Below, in pieces: positions 26,090 to 37,779 of a DNA stretch of 64,000 nt; positions within the stretch are counted from its first letter, which is position 1; each line of letters begins with the position of its first letter. The stretch lies in NCBI RefSeq assembly GCF_964188315.1, contig NC_135663.1, positions 25,978,001 to 26,042,000 on the forward strand. The letters run 5' to 3'. The stretch comes from Podarcis muralis (taxonomy: Eukaryota). Under the pieces are notes generated by a model, which ran no database searches, had not been told where the DNA came from, and worked only from the letters and a program-made list of their open reading frames with translations. Made by a program: the position numbers and the translations under genes.

Positions 26090-26329
26090 NNNNNNNNNNN
26101 NNNNNNNNNNNNNNNNNNNNNNNNNNNNNNNNNNNNNNNNNNNNNNNNNNNNNNNNNNNNNNNNNNNNNNNNNNNNNNNNNNNNNNNNNNNNNNNNNNNN
26201 NNNNNNNNNNNNNNNNNNNNNNNNNNNNNNNNNNNNNNNNNNNNNNNNNNNNNNNNNNNNNNNNNNNNNNNNNNNNNNNNNNNNNNNNNNNNNNNNNNNN
26301 NNNNNNNNNAAAGGCTCTTTTGTTTGGTA
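26090..26329. other. Assembly gap (240 N)
   Basis: Run of N in ALPK1 coding intron 2. Confidence 1.
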
Positions 26330-27444
26330 GGTCACCCTCTCTCATGCTTTTGTGTTCCAATCTCTTAAGGGAAGGAGGAGAAGAAGCAGAAAGAAAAAAA
26401 TGCATTAGGCAATGGCTCAGTGCTTAAATATACGGTAGACTCCGGAGCATTGAGGAAAATGTGTCGCTGGCAGTGTTCGTTTTCAGGTGCTTAAAGACAG
26501 GGATCCCTCCATTGTCAAGAGGCACATGCACACAAAGAAATGGGAATCCCTTTCAAGTGTCATTCTTTGCAAAAGCATGCCTCCTTGCAAATAAATAAAT
26601 ATATTTGCACCAGTTTTTGAAGCGTAAGTCAGCCCGTGAATACTTGTTCACAACTGGTCTTGTGAGGTAAACAAATATCAGGCATTCCTGTTCAAGTTGT
26701 TCACACTATGGCTATTTCAGTTTCTTCAAGATGCATAGTCTATGATTTGAAACAAGCCATAGGGTGTAAATCTTTTTCTCTGACAGGCTAGCATCACCGA
26801 CCTATCCCTAATCTTGGAGCTGATTGTCACCACAAATGTTTTCACACATTTATTGAGTCATTCATGAGAGTCTCTCTTCTGGGGGGGCGGGAGGGAATGG
26901 GAGCTGCTGCTCTGCCACGTGATTTGGATGGAGAGGGTGCTACATTCAGTCCCTGAAATCTTCAGTTTAAAGGTTTTCCGGTAGCAAAACTTCATGCTGG
27001 GCGAACCAAGTCAGTGTCAGCACACTAGTGGGCAACATATTCTATTTATCTGACAATATAAAAGGCAGCTTATACCATTATCAAGTTTTACCTGACTCTT
27101 CCTGTAACTTCCAAATAGTACTATAGTCCTTAGCCAAAACCATGCTCATACACAGGAACCCGGCATATTAAGCAATGATTCAGATACCTGTATGGCTTGT
27201 ATGCGATCTCCTACCTGCTTACCCAAAGTAAAGATCAAGCAATTAGTTGCCAGAAGTTGATTTTTACATCTGATTAGTTCATCACATGGCTGGAGCTACC
27301 TCCTAATTCTTTGAACAACATCTCCCAGTGTGTAATGCTGGTTTCCCCAGGGACTTTATAGAAAGTTGCCATTGGAGGCCCTTGTATTGATGGGCCTGAA
27401 GGCAAAGTACCCTTTTGATGCTCATAGTACCAGGTGTAAATTTG

Positions 27445-28408
27445 TAGTTGTTGTTTAGTCGTTTAGTCGTGTCCGACTCTTTGTGACCCCATGGACCAGA
27501 GCACGCCAGGCACTTCTGTCCTCCACTGCCTCCCGCAGTTTGATCAAACTCATGCTGGTAGCTTCAAGAACACCATCCAACCATCTCATCCTCTGTTGTC
27601 CCCTTCTCCTTGTGCCCTCCATCTTTCCCAACATCAGGGTCTTTTCCAGGGAGTCTTCTCTTCTCATGAGGTGACCAAAGTATTGGAGCCTCAGCTTCAC
27701 GATCTGTCCTTCCAGTGAGCACTAAGGGCTGATTTCCTTAAGAATGGATACGTTTGATCTTCTTGCAGTCCATGGGACTCTCAAGAGTCTCCTCCAGCAC
27801 CATAATTCAAAAGCATCAATTCTTTGGCGATCAGCCTTCTTTATGGTCCAGCTCTCACTTCCATGCATCACTACTGGGAAAACCATAGCTTTTACTATAT
27901 GGACCTTTGTTGGCAAGGTGATGTCTCTACTTTTTAAGATGCTGTCTAGGTTTGTCATTGCTTTTCTCCCAAGAAGCAGGTGTCTTTTAATTTCGTGACT
28001 GCTGTCACCATCTGCAGTGATCATGGAGCCCAAGAAAGTAAAATCTCTTACTGCCTCCATTTCTTCCCCTTCTATTTGCCAGGAGGTGATGGGACCAGTG
28101 GCCATGATCTTCGTTTTATTGATGTTGAGCTTCAGACCATATTTTGCGCTCTCCTCTTTCACCCTCAATAAAAGGTTCTTTAATTCCTCCTCACTTTCTG
28201 CCATCAAGGTTGTGTCATCTGCATATCCGAGGTTGTTGATGTTTCTTCCGGCAATCTTAATTCCGGCTTGGGATTCATCCAGTCCAGCCTTTCGCGTGAT
28301 GAATTCTGCATATAAGTTAAATAAGCAGGTAGACAAAATACAGACTTGTCGTACTCCTTTCCCAATTTTGAATCAATCAGTTGTTCCATATCCAGTTCTA
28401 ACTGTAGT
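27445..28408 (-). mobile_element. BovB/RTE LINE, 5'-truncated, covering the RT C-terminus and 3' end
   Basis: ORF 27722-28336 GRNINNLGYADDTTLMAESEEELKNLLLRVKEESAKYGLKLNINKTK (YADD motif); ORF 27455-27700 LQYFGHLMRREDSLEKTLMLGK; BovB 3' tail. Confidence 0.92.
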
Positions 28409-29560
28409 TTAAGGTGTAAATTACAAATTGACAATGAGTATTGCTTCCCAATTCTTTCTCTTTTGTATTAGCTTGTTTGTTTTTATCATCTTTGGTGCTG
28501 AGAGGAGTTTCCCCTGGTTATGCAATTTAAGGCAGAGTAAGATTTGAAAGTTCTTCCATTTATTACAAAACAAAATACACACTGTCAAAAATCAAGACCA
28601 GATGAAGCTGATTTCACATTATGTATTTCATGTTACGTTGTTTTTACAAATGCACAACCCATTTGTAAAAATGATAGGTTAGTGGTAGACATTACTGGCC
28701 AAAATAGGTGTTGCTTGGGTCTCAAAGCCAGGAATTGGGAATTGAATACTTTAGATTCTCCCAGTTTTTTAATACAAGAATTCAGTATTTAATCCTGCAA
28801 CGTCTTTAGAAGTGCTGCCTAGCCTTCAGCACTGTTGGTTGAAAGTTCCCAATGGACAGCTCCTTGCTCTGCCCGGTTATGCCAGATCATTGCTGGTCTG
28901 AAGACTGATTCACACTTTACATGGCAAGAATGAATGCTGCCATGGATAGTTAGAAGACAAATGGGCAGGAGCATCTGATAGGGCAGCACAGCACTGTTCA
29001 CCTGTCTTGTTTGCAGTAGTCATCAGCATTGCTTACCTGTCTTCCCAATGCTGCATGTCACTGCCAGTTACCAAGATGGGGAGCAGAAAGGCAGCGAAGA
29101 TAATGTCAAATTGGCTCCATCATTGCACCCATATTGTCATACTGTGCTGAGCCTTGTCCTTCACCATCTCCCTCTCAGTAACTGACAGTGACACTTGACA
29201 GTGTCAAGAAGCCAGGGGAACACCAGTTGCTACTGTAAACAGGTGAGGAAGTTGTCTCTCCCAAGCAAGAACAGGCACAAGAAGATACTGATTCCATACA
29301 GATAACAACTAAGTCCAGCGCTACCTAGTGACTAAACTGTATTATGACACTATCCACATGGATGCATAATTGCAAATGAAACAGAATACAGGGATATTGT
29401 GTATTTATGGTTGCTGCATGGACACATGTAAATTTGGCTTTATACATGGAAGCAAACGGGGGTAAATGTGAGTTTTCTGTCTTGTGAGGTGAAGATTCTA
29501 TTTATTTAGTAGTAATAGTAGTAGTGTTTTAATTTACTAGTCCCTATGCATGGAAGATAC

Positions 29561-29913
29561 GGGACGCGGGTGGCGCTGTGGGTAAAAGCCTCAGCGCCTA
29601 GGGCTTGCCGATCGAAAGGTCGGCGGTTCGAATCCCCGCGGCAGGGTGTGCTCCCGTTGCTCGGTCCCAGCGCCTGCCAACCTAGCAGTTCGAAAGCACC
29701 CCCGGGTGCAAGTAGATAAATAGGGACAGCTTTCTAGCGGGAAGGTAAATGGTGTTCCGTGTGCGGCTCTGGCTAGCCAGAGCAGCGATGTCACGCTGGC
29801 CACGTGACCCGGAAGTGTCTCCGGACAGCGCCGGCCCCCAGCCTCTTGAGTGAGATGGGCGCACAACCCCAGAGTCTGGCAAGACTAGCCCGTACGGGCA
29901 GGGGTACCTACCC
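29561..29913 (+). mobile_element. Sauria SINE
   Basis: gggacgcgggtggcgctgtggg head; 12-bp TSD ATGCATGGAAGA. Confidence 0.9.
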
Positions 29914-31747
29914 ATGCATGGAAGACCCTATCTTCACTGAGGGAGCTTTTCATAGGGAAACCCCCCAGAAAAGTTTGGCAGAGCACAGGGGAGGAGAAAG
30001 GGAACTTCAGTTGTGCAAGCATTATTCCTTGCGATGGAGTACATTCCTTACTGCTACACTGGCTTCCTGGCAGGCTTAAATTATAGCTGCATCACTCTCT
30101 TTTTACCAATTAAGCAGCAAAAGCACTAGAGAATTTGAGTCACTCAATGAGCCACTAAGTCACTAAGAAACAAATGCCTTCTCCAGCAGTGTTTTGTACT
30201 GGACACAAGGAGTATGCACAGAAAATAAATATTTGGATAGGGGGTCTGGCTTCATGTGTCTATCAGAGGGGCCACTGAACTCCATGTCAAGGTAATATTC
30301 TCATACTGCAGCCACAGTACTGGTATATTTTAGTCCAAGTAAAATTTCCCTTCATCAGATTAACCTTTCCTATTTGATCCCAAGGAAGGTGTTACCAAAT
30401 CAAACTTGAGGCTCCAGCAGGCAGGAGTTTTCTTCTCATCTTTCCCCAGCTGAGGAGAGGAAGGCTGGGATGCACTTTCGCTCACGCGCCATTCTCCCAA
30501 GGTGCAAGTTGGGCATTTGGGCAGATGTCACAATGCCTGCAGGGATCCTTGAGCACCCATGAAGACTCTGTATACTGCCGCAGAGTTAGCCTGCTGGCCT
30601 TTCTTCTCTCCTAACAGCACGTTCCTTCATAAGTGCGGCTGATTCTCCATGCCAGGGCGAAGGATCAGCCTCTGAGGGGGATACCAAGGGAGTTAATGCT
30701 ATTTTTTAAAAAATCATTAAAGGTCGCCTGCAAAGAGAAAACGTTGGACTGCTGACCTAGTTGCTCCTTTATGATGTACAAAGGAGCGTTTGATCTGGTA
30801 GCCTTTACTGCTATATTAATGCAACTTGTTGATGTTTAGAACTTGATTGACACCACAAAAGTCTTCATTTCCCTTGAGAATCAGAAGGCAATGGCTTTTA
30901 GTAGCACACCCCCCCCCCAATTCCCATTTAAGCTAATTTTAATGCTATATGTAGGTCATTTCTTGAAAACAGATCACAGGTCTACTTTTTAGGAGTGTCT
31001 TACCTTCCTCTTCCTTTTTTAAATAAGGTTGCAAGATACAGTGCCATATAGTGGGTAGCATGTTGGACACAAATCAGGAAAGCCCAGGGTCTAATCCTTG
31101 GGTGAGCTTGATGGGTCTAAGCTGTTGGTTGTGAGGTTAAAATGAGATGAAACACTCTGAAATCCTTGGAAGAAGGTTGGGATGAAAATGAATCGATGGC
31201 GGTGGTTAAAATTAAAGTAAAATTTGTTGATAATCAGAATATCCTATCTAAGACTGGGAGCATTGCACACACACACACAGTGATTTCACTGGTAATTAAG
31301 TATAGTGTTAGCCTGAATCCGACCTTTGTGTGGGTTCCATGACTCGGTCTTTCAGTGCCATCGTTTGATGAATGCCAACTGGGCTGTGGCAGGCAGGAGG
31401 AGAAAGAGAGAGAGAGAGAGAGTACAATAAAATGTTGTTGGGTTTATCACAGGGTAGAGCATTGTAAAGTATGCCACACTTTTTAAAGCTTTTTTGAACT
31501 TCCCTTCCATACCTCTGACAGTTTTCTACATTTAAAGCAATATCCCACCCCCAATCCCTCCTTTGCCCTGCAGTTTTCCGTAGCTGAAAGTGGGTATACA
31601 CATTTCTCAGCTAAGCAAGTCAGCAAACATTTCTACCCCATCCCTCTCCCTGATGAATTACATACTTTATGGGTAGTCCCCTAGAAACGGTTCCAATTTG
31701 AGAGCTGGTTGCTCCTCACCATCACATGCGTTTGGTGTTCTTTTCAG

Positions 31748-31946
31748 GTTTGTCTGAAAGCCTCCATTACCAGCAGGGACTATGTGACAGCAGCTGCTAT
31801 TGTGTTCCTGATTGACCGGTTCTTATATTGGGTTGATGGCTCCAGCCAGCTCCTTCGGATTGCCAAAAGGCTGCACGAGCTCCAACCTACAACACCAATT
31901 GCCCCTCAGCTGGTGATTCGCCAAGCTCGCGTCTCTGTAAATTCAG
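31748..31946 (+). CDS. ALPK1: ALPK1 coding exon 3 (199 nt)
   Basis: ttttcAG acceptor; [27 protein letters not shown]...[17 protein letters not shown]; donor G|GTAATG. Confidence 0.97.
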
Positions 31947-32363
31947 GTAATGAAACACTCATTGCGCTACCCCCCCCCTCCAACCACCATCTCCGTTTCT
32001 CGGCCGAGTCCCAATTAGGAGCTGCTTGACTTTCAAGAGGATACTTTGTCCCATTCTGGAGATGACATTCCTATGATCCTGAGCCATCATTTTAAACTGA
32101 CACCCTGCTCCTGCCTGCCATCTACTCTCCATCTACCCCACCCCCGCTCCATCTCCCTCCCACCTCTTCTGGCCTGCACAAAGTGTCTGGCATAAAGGGG
32201 TCTCTGAGAGAAAGAAGCAGCAGAGAAAATTGTGAAAGGGTGTGGAAAATACTAATTGGAGCTTTTGTCTCCTAACAAATCTGCCCTGCTGTTTCAAACG
32301 GGGGTCTGTGAATTGCTGTACTTCTGAGCAAAGGCCTTCAAAAAGATGATTAAAGATCTGGTA

Positions 32364-32364
<1 letters not shown>

Positions 32365-32430
<66 letters not shown>
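32365..32430. repeat. Compound (CT)n(GT)n microsatellite
   Basis: Read directly. Confidence 0.95.
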
Positions 32431-32431
<1 letters not shown>

Positions 32432-33660
32432 ACATATACATGCACTATGGCCGCTTGGTGCAAATAATGCAGTTAACCTACTCATGTAAAATTGAGGGTT
32501 GTTGTTTTTTCTTCGTTCCTCTTTTGGTTGTACAGAAAGATCATGAATGGCATTGGCCCATTTTAAAATACATATTCCTAGTTTTTTTAGGAAGGAAAAG
32601 CCAAAGCTAAGCTGATGATGAATACAGTTTTAGAAGGAAATAGCTTACATAAAATGAAATGATCATCTGATTTCAATCACTATATCTTAGGAATAGTATG
32701 TGCGTCAAATATAATTGTCCTTATTTCTGAGCTCTGCTATCTGATGCCACTTCCCCCAGCATTGGGTTCCCATACGTTTTCTTTACTACAACCCCACTCA
32801 ACCTTAGCCAGCACGGCCAATGATGAGAGATGTTGGCGGTTGTAGTCCAAAAACATCTGGGAGAAAGGCTGAGTCTGATGCCAAGTCTTGCAAATACATG
32901 TCTTAAAGAAGTAAACAGGAGATTGGTGTGTTGTTTATTCCTAAAGTCCAAGGTGAATCAGGGACCACAAAGCTTCAAATGAGCCAAAGTGAGGTATAAG
33001 CCACCCAAATGTGGGTGAGTCTAGGTAGATATAAATATCTAAACTACCTCGGTGAGCTCTCATCTTGGGGTAGCTTTGAGCATCTGTAGGCCTGTTCACT
33101 TTACACTAAACGCAGGTACAAGCTACCACTACACATGTACAAGTGTTTTTGTGAAAGGGTTTACACATGTTGATTCATACAGCTCAGCTATTGTGCACAC
33201 AGAAACACAGACACTACGCTTGTCGAACGTGACGTGAATAATGATAAGAGTGTAGATAGTGTGCATCAACTGTTGTTTACAGAGATTGTGCACTTGCTGA
33301 ATGTAACATGTGAAAGGCCCTTATATAATTCATCTTCAAGCAGTGGGTCAGGGTCTATGACTGGGTCACAATTGGATGGAATCCCCTGCTAAAACAGAGG
33401 AAGAGGCCTTCGTTTTAGCAGCATCCTTGTCTCATTATGATGTCAAGTGCCTGGCAAATGGATAGCCCCCACCCACCTGTCAGATTTGTCCTGTGAGGCT
33501 GGTCCTACCTTTGTTCTAAACTAAAGGGATAAACTGAGGAAGAGAAATGACTTTTTTAAAATAAAAAAAAATTGCTAAAAGACCAGATTGACCCTATCCT
33601 ATCACAACTCCAAGATTGAAATATTTGCCTCAATATTTTTGTTTTTCCTCTTCTTTCTAG

Positions 33661-33720
33661 GTAAACTGTTAAAGGCCGAATATATCCTTAGCAGTCTTAT
33701 TAATGACAATGGAGCAACAG
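33661..33720 (+). CDS. ALPK1: ALPK1 coding exon 4 (60 nt)
   Basis: Long pyrimidine tract then AG; GKLLKAEYILSSLINDNGAT; donor G|GTATCT. Confidence 0.97.
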
Positions 33721-33962
33721 GTATCTATAATTTGTGGCTTCTACACTTTGAGTTATTATTTATAAATGTCCCCCCCCCTCCAAAATTGCCACCTTGCTAG
33801 CAGAGCCACGGCCAGACGAATGTGTTCCTGACCCAGACAGCTTCTTTCTTTGTTTTTCTTAATTTGTAAAGGTCTTGGATATATATTTACCTCACCTTTC
33901 TGCATCTTCATGTCCCCAAACACTGTAGTGTGTTCAACTGCTCTATTTATTCTGTTTCTCAG

Positions 33963-34049
33963 GTGTGTGGAAGTACTCAAAAGAAAGTGACAGGATCCTT
34001 GTTCAGTCTGTCTGTGTACAGATTAGAGGACAGATTCTGCAAAAGCTGG
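33963..34049 (+). CDS. ALPK1: ALPK1 coding exon 5 (87 nt)
   Basis: tttctcAG acceptor; [29 protein letters not shown]; donor G|GTAGGA. Confidence 0.97.
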
Positions 34050-34470
34050 GTAGGATTCATGCAGCAATCTCACATTCTATGGTTTCAGCTGATATTTTTC
34101 AGTTCCCGTTCAGTTCTCTGAATATAGTGCAGGAGTCATTTCTCATAATTGTGTTCTTTCTAGCTGCGAAATATTCCTCATTTCCTTAAAAAAAAACAAA
34201 AAAACCAGCTGTATGCCTAGCAAAATGTATTGGCAAAAAAGAAAAACCTAATGTGACCCAAATTCTATGCCTATAATTGCTTCAAATTGCTTACTTTGCA
34301 TATTTATTTTGCTTCCCAAATTAAGACTTAAAAATTTCTCCTCCTCCTCCTCCTTTGCAAGATGTTGGGTTGCAGAGGATAAAAAATAAGGGCATGGGGT
34401 GGTGAAATTATGTGATGATCAGGCTCATAACAGCCTGCTGGATTAAGCTACTGGCCCACCTAGTCCAGTA

Positions 34471-34825
34471 CAGTGGTACCTCGCAAGACGAATGCCTCGC
34501 AAGACGGAAAACTCGCAAGACGAAAGGGTTTTTTGTTTTTTGAGCTGCTTCGCAAGACGATTTTCCCTATGGGCTTGCTTCGCAAGACGGAAATGTCTTG
34601 CAAGTTTGTTTCCTTTTTCTTAACACCGTTAATACAGTTGTGACTTGACTTCGAGGAGTAACTCATAGCACACAGTGTGGTAGCCTTTTTTGAGGTTTTT
34701 GAAGACTTCAGTGATTTTTGAAGCTTTTCCAAAGCTTTCCTGACACCGTGCTTCGCAAGACGAAAAAAATCGCAAGACGACAAAACTCGCGGAACGAATT
34801 AATTTCGTCTTGCGAGGCACCACTG
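34471..34825. mobile_element. Tc1/mariner-type MITE with internal GCAAGACG repeats
   Basis: TA flanks; TIR CAGTGGTACCTCGCAAGACGAA / TTCGTCTTGCGAGGCACCACTG. Confidence 0.85.
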
Positions 34826-35247
34826 TATCCTATTTCCATTAAGTTGTAAGGAATGGATGCTTTTGTCAATTTCAGTTTCCAATTTTTCCAATCTTAAATT
34901 CACATTTCTGCAGTTGTTTGGTTTTTATTATTATTATTATTAAAAAAGCCCTTTTGAAAATTTGTATCATACACAATTTTGCAAACCATTTTTTCTAATG
35001 TACTTTGTTTATTATTTTCACCAGTAAATGCTTATGTACACTTTCCCCAAATGTACACATATTGGGGTTGGAAAACTGCAAACCAAAATTTGGACAAGTG
35101 TAACTTTTGAATGATAGCTATGGTTCAGTTCATGTTTGGCAAACCTCTCCCCCACCCCTACTAAGCACAAGTGCATTAAATAAGTTTATAAAATATTACT
35201 TCTTTTTTTAAAAAAAAAAACCTGCAACAATAATGTGTATGTTTCAG

Positions 35248-35324
35248 GGATGTGGTATGAAGCAGCAGAGCTGATTTGGGCCTCAATTTTAGGTTATTTC
35301 ACACTTCCCCAGCCAGATAAAAAG
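35248..35324 (+). CDS. ALPK1: ALPK1 coding exon 6 (77 nt)
   Basis: gtttcAG acceptor; [26 protein letters not shown]; donor AAG|GTAATG. Confidence 0.97.
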
Positions 35325-35884
35325 GTAATGTATGTACTATTTTCTTTTTTAAAATGAGTATTTTCTGCTATTGACAGTATTTGTTCTGCTCCTCTAGACA
35401 ATCTAGAGAAGCAGCTTCCTCCAAACCTTTTAGCAGGAACTGAGGAACAACAGAAAGGGTAGTCCTTCACAGAGGGATCTGCTGGTGAAGAAGAGCGGTC
35501 CTTGCTGTTTCAAACAGACCCAAGTCTTTCACAAGCAGTGGAAAAGTAGACTGTCCTTTTTTCCATTAAGACACTGAATGATGTAAAAACAGCCTGAGAT
35601 TTTGGGTGCTTCCAGACAGGGATTCGTTATTGCAAGTGGGTTGTTGGCAACAAGTCTGTTGTTGTTGTTTTGAATTTACCAGATTTTCTATGGAAAGAGC
35701 GAATCTGGATTAAAAGGATAGGGATGTGTTGGTGCTGCATGCATGAGGAGTCCTAATCCCATTTGGAAACACCCTGTGTGTTTTAGCTTCTAGTCCTTTA
35801 TGGAATGGATTCTTGTGTTTTAGAGAAGTAATCTGCAATGGAAACAGTGAAACGCCAATTTGTCTTTGTGTGTGTCTCCTGCAG

Positions 35885-35980
35885 GGAATTGCTACATCGT
35901 TGGGTATCTTGGCTGACATCTTTGTATCGATGAGTGAAAACGATTACAACCGGTTTAAAGACAACTATCAGTTTCACCTG
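35885..35980 (+). CDS. ALPK1: ALPK1 coding exon 7 (96 nt)
   Basis: ctcctgcAG acceptor; [32 protein letters not shown]; donor GTAACT. Confidence 0.97.
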
Positions 35981-36424
35981 GTAACTACTCCTGTATTTGA
36001 GATTGTTTAGCTTGCTGAAAATTGTGTGTGCTTTGTTCAGCATCCCTGACTAGGGAGATTCTGTGTGATACCTGAAGCTCACTTTTCCACAACAGAAAAA
36101 GATTACTCTGGAAAATATTATTTGTCCATCCATACCAGTACTGTATACTCTGATTGGCATCAGCTGTCTAGGATCTCAGGGAGAGTCTTTCCCATCTCCT
36201 ATGTGATCCTCTTTTTTAAAACTGGAGATTGAAGTTTTGCCCTTCTGCACTAAGCTACAGTTACTCCTCATTGCCTCTCCCTGGCAAAAGTAATTGCCAA
36301 GTGCTGAGCCATTTGTTGTTTGTTCTCTCATAAAATTATGGAGAGAGGAAGCACAGAATGTGTCATGTACTCCAGCCCTGAAACATAAGGCCATAATTAG
36401 ATGTTGCTAAACCTTGGCATCTGT

Positions 36425-36772
36425 CTACACTGCGTTCTAAACCACTGAGCCTCTTGGGCTTGCCAATCAACGGTTTGAATCCCCATGACAAGGTGAGCTC
36501 CTGTTACTCTGTCCCAGCTTCTTCCAATCTAGCAGTTCAAAAGCATGCCAGTGCAAGTAGGCAGGAATGTAAATGGCGTTTCCATGTGCTCTGGTTTCCA
36601 TCACGGTGTTCCGTTGTGCCAGAAGCAGTTTAGTCATGCTGGCCACATGACCCGGAAAGCTGTCTGTGGACAAACACCAGCTCCCTCAGCCTGAAATCAA
36701 GATAAGCACCGTAACCCCATAGTTGCCTTTGACTAGAGTGAACCATCCAGGGGTCCTTTACCTTTTTACCTT
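36425..36772 (+). mobile_element. Sauria SINE (older, diverged)
   Basis: Core and tttacc tail recognisable; CpG sites decayed. Confidence 0.75.
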
Positions 36773-36852
36773 ACATAGACTCACCTATCTACACAGAGAT
36801 GAACGGACAGCAGTCTGCCTAAACTTACATTTCCTTCCTGCTGTTTCAACAG

Positions 36853-36957
36853 AATCTTCTGAAAGAGTTTGACCACCGTTTACTTTCAGCTGCTGAAGCG
36901 TGCAAGTTAGCAGCGGCCTTCAGCCAGTTCACACCACTGTTTGTGCTCACAGCAGTC
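36853..36957 (+). CDS. ALPK1: ALPK1 coding exon 8 (105 nt)
   Basis: tttcaacAG acceptor; [35 protein letters not shown]; donor GTAAGT. Confidence 0.97.
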
Positions 36958-37779
36958 GTAAGTGTGATACCCAATATACTTATTTCTTCCCTGTGCTGAA
37001 GATTATTCACTGCCGTCTACTACTGCAATATGTTGCTGTGTGCATGTAAAATCAGGATGTGCATTCCAAATTCAGATGCAATGCAGATGAAAAGTTGTGG
37101 TGCAAGTGAAATGCCATCTGGCTTTTTTTATGCTGTTAAACCTGTTCATTTGGAGCAGTTGCTTACTACAAACCATTTACTGTTGCCTATCATTCATACC
37201 CCTTTAATGTCCCATTGATTTGACTTAAAACGTATTGGATAATTAAGAAAGTGGAACTGGAAGGTAAAGGCTGCTAGTTATACAATCTATCTTTTGGTTC
37301 TTTGGGAAGGAGGGGGGTATCTTCAGGAAAGCATTTGGCAGAAGAAGTGTACTTCATGCCCCACTTATCTGTGGATTAAGTTCCAAAGGTTTTGAGAATA
37401 TAGCTTCTTCCTGCTCCCCAACCCACCTCAATCCCACTGAACACCATAGACAAATCAGTCCCTCAGATTAATAGGCTTTGCAGAGTTTTATACTGAAAAT
37501 CCCATTAGCAAATGCACAATTCTAGCATGGATTTTTTTGCTAGATATCTCAGAACAAACCTGTTCAGTGTTCCTTCGGTGTGTAACAAGTTTAACTCAAG
37601 CATAATTGATCAAACACAGAAAAAACAAGTACTTGAAAATCATTTGGCAAAAGCTATATTCTCAAAACCTTTGTAGTGGTGTGAATTCAAATTTGAGGAT
37701 TCTTTATAGGATCTGAGTTTCAAATTTGATGCACGAACCTGTAAGATCCTGTTCATTTCAGCTGTACTTATTTTTACAG

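Noticed and set aside
25747-26427. Long ORFs around 26 kb
   Set aside because: Artefacts of translating through the 240-nt N gap
30598-30730. Cryptic poison exon after the strong acceptor ctttcttctctcctaacAG at 30617
   Set aside because: No convincing donor downstream
34471-34825. CRISPR-like array of GCAAGACG repeats
   Set aside because: Eukaryotic DNA; the repeats are short, irregularly spaced and internal to a TA-flanked MITE
37726-37779. ORF-track start of the 714-aa ORF as the ALPK1 start
   Set aside because: These bases are intronic; the exon begins at 37780 after the acceptor, in phase with exon 8
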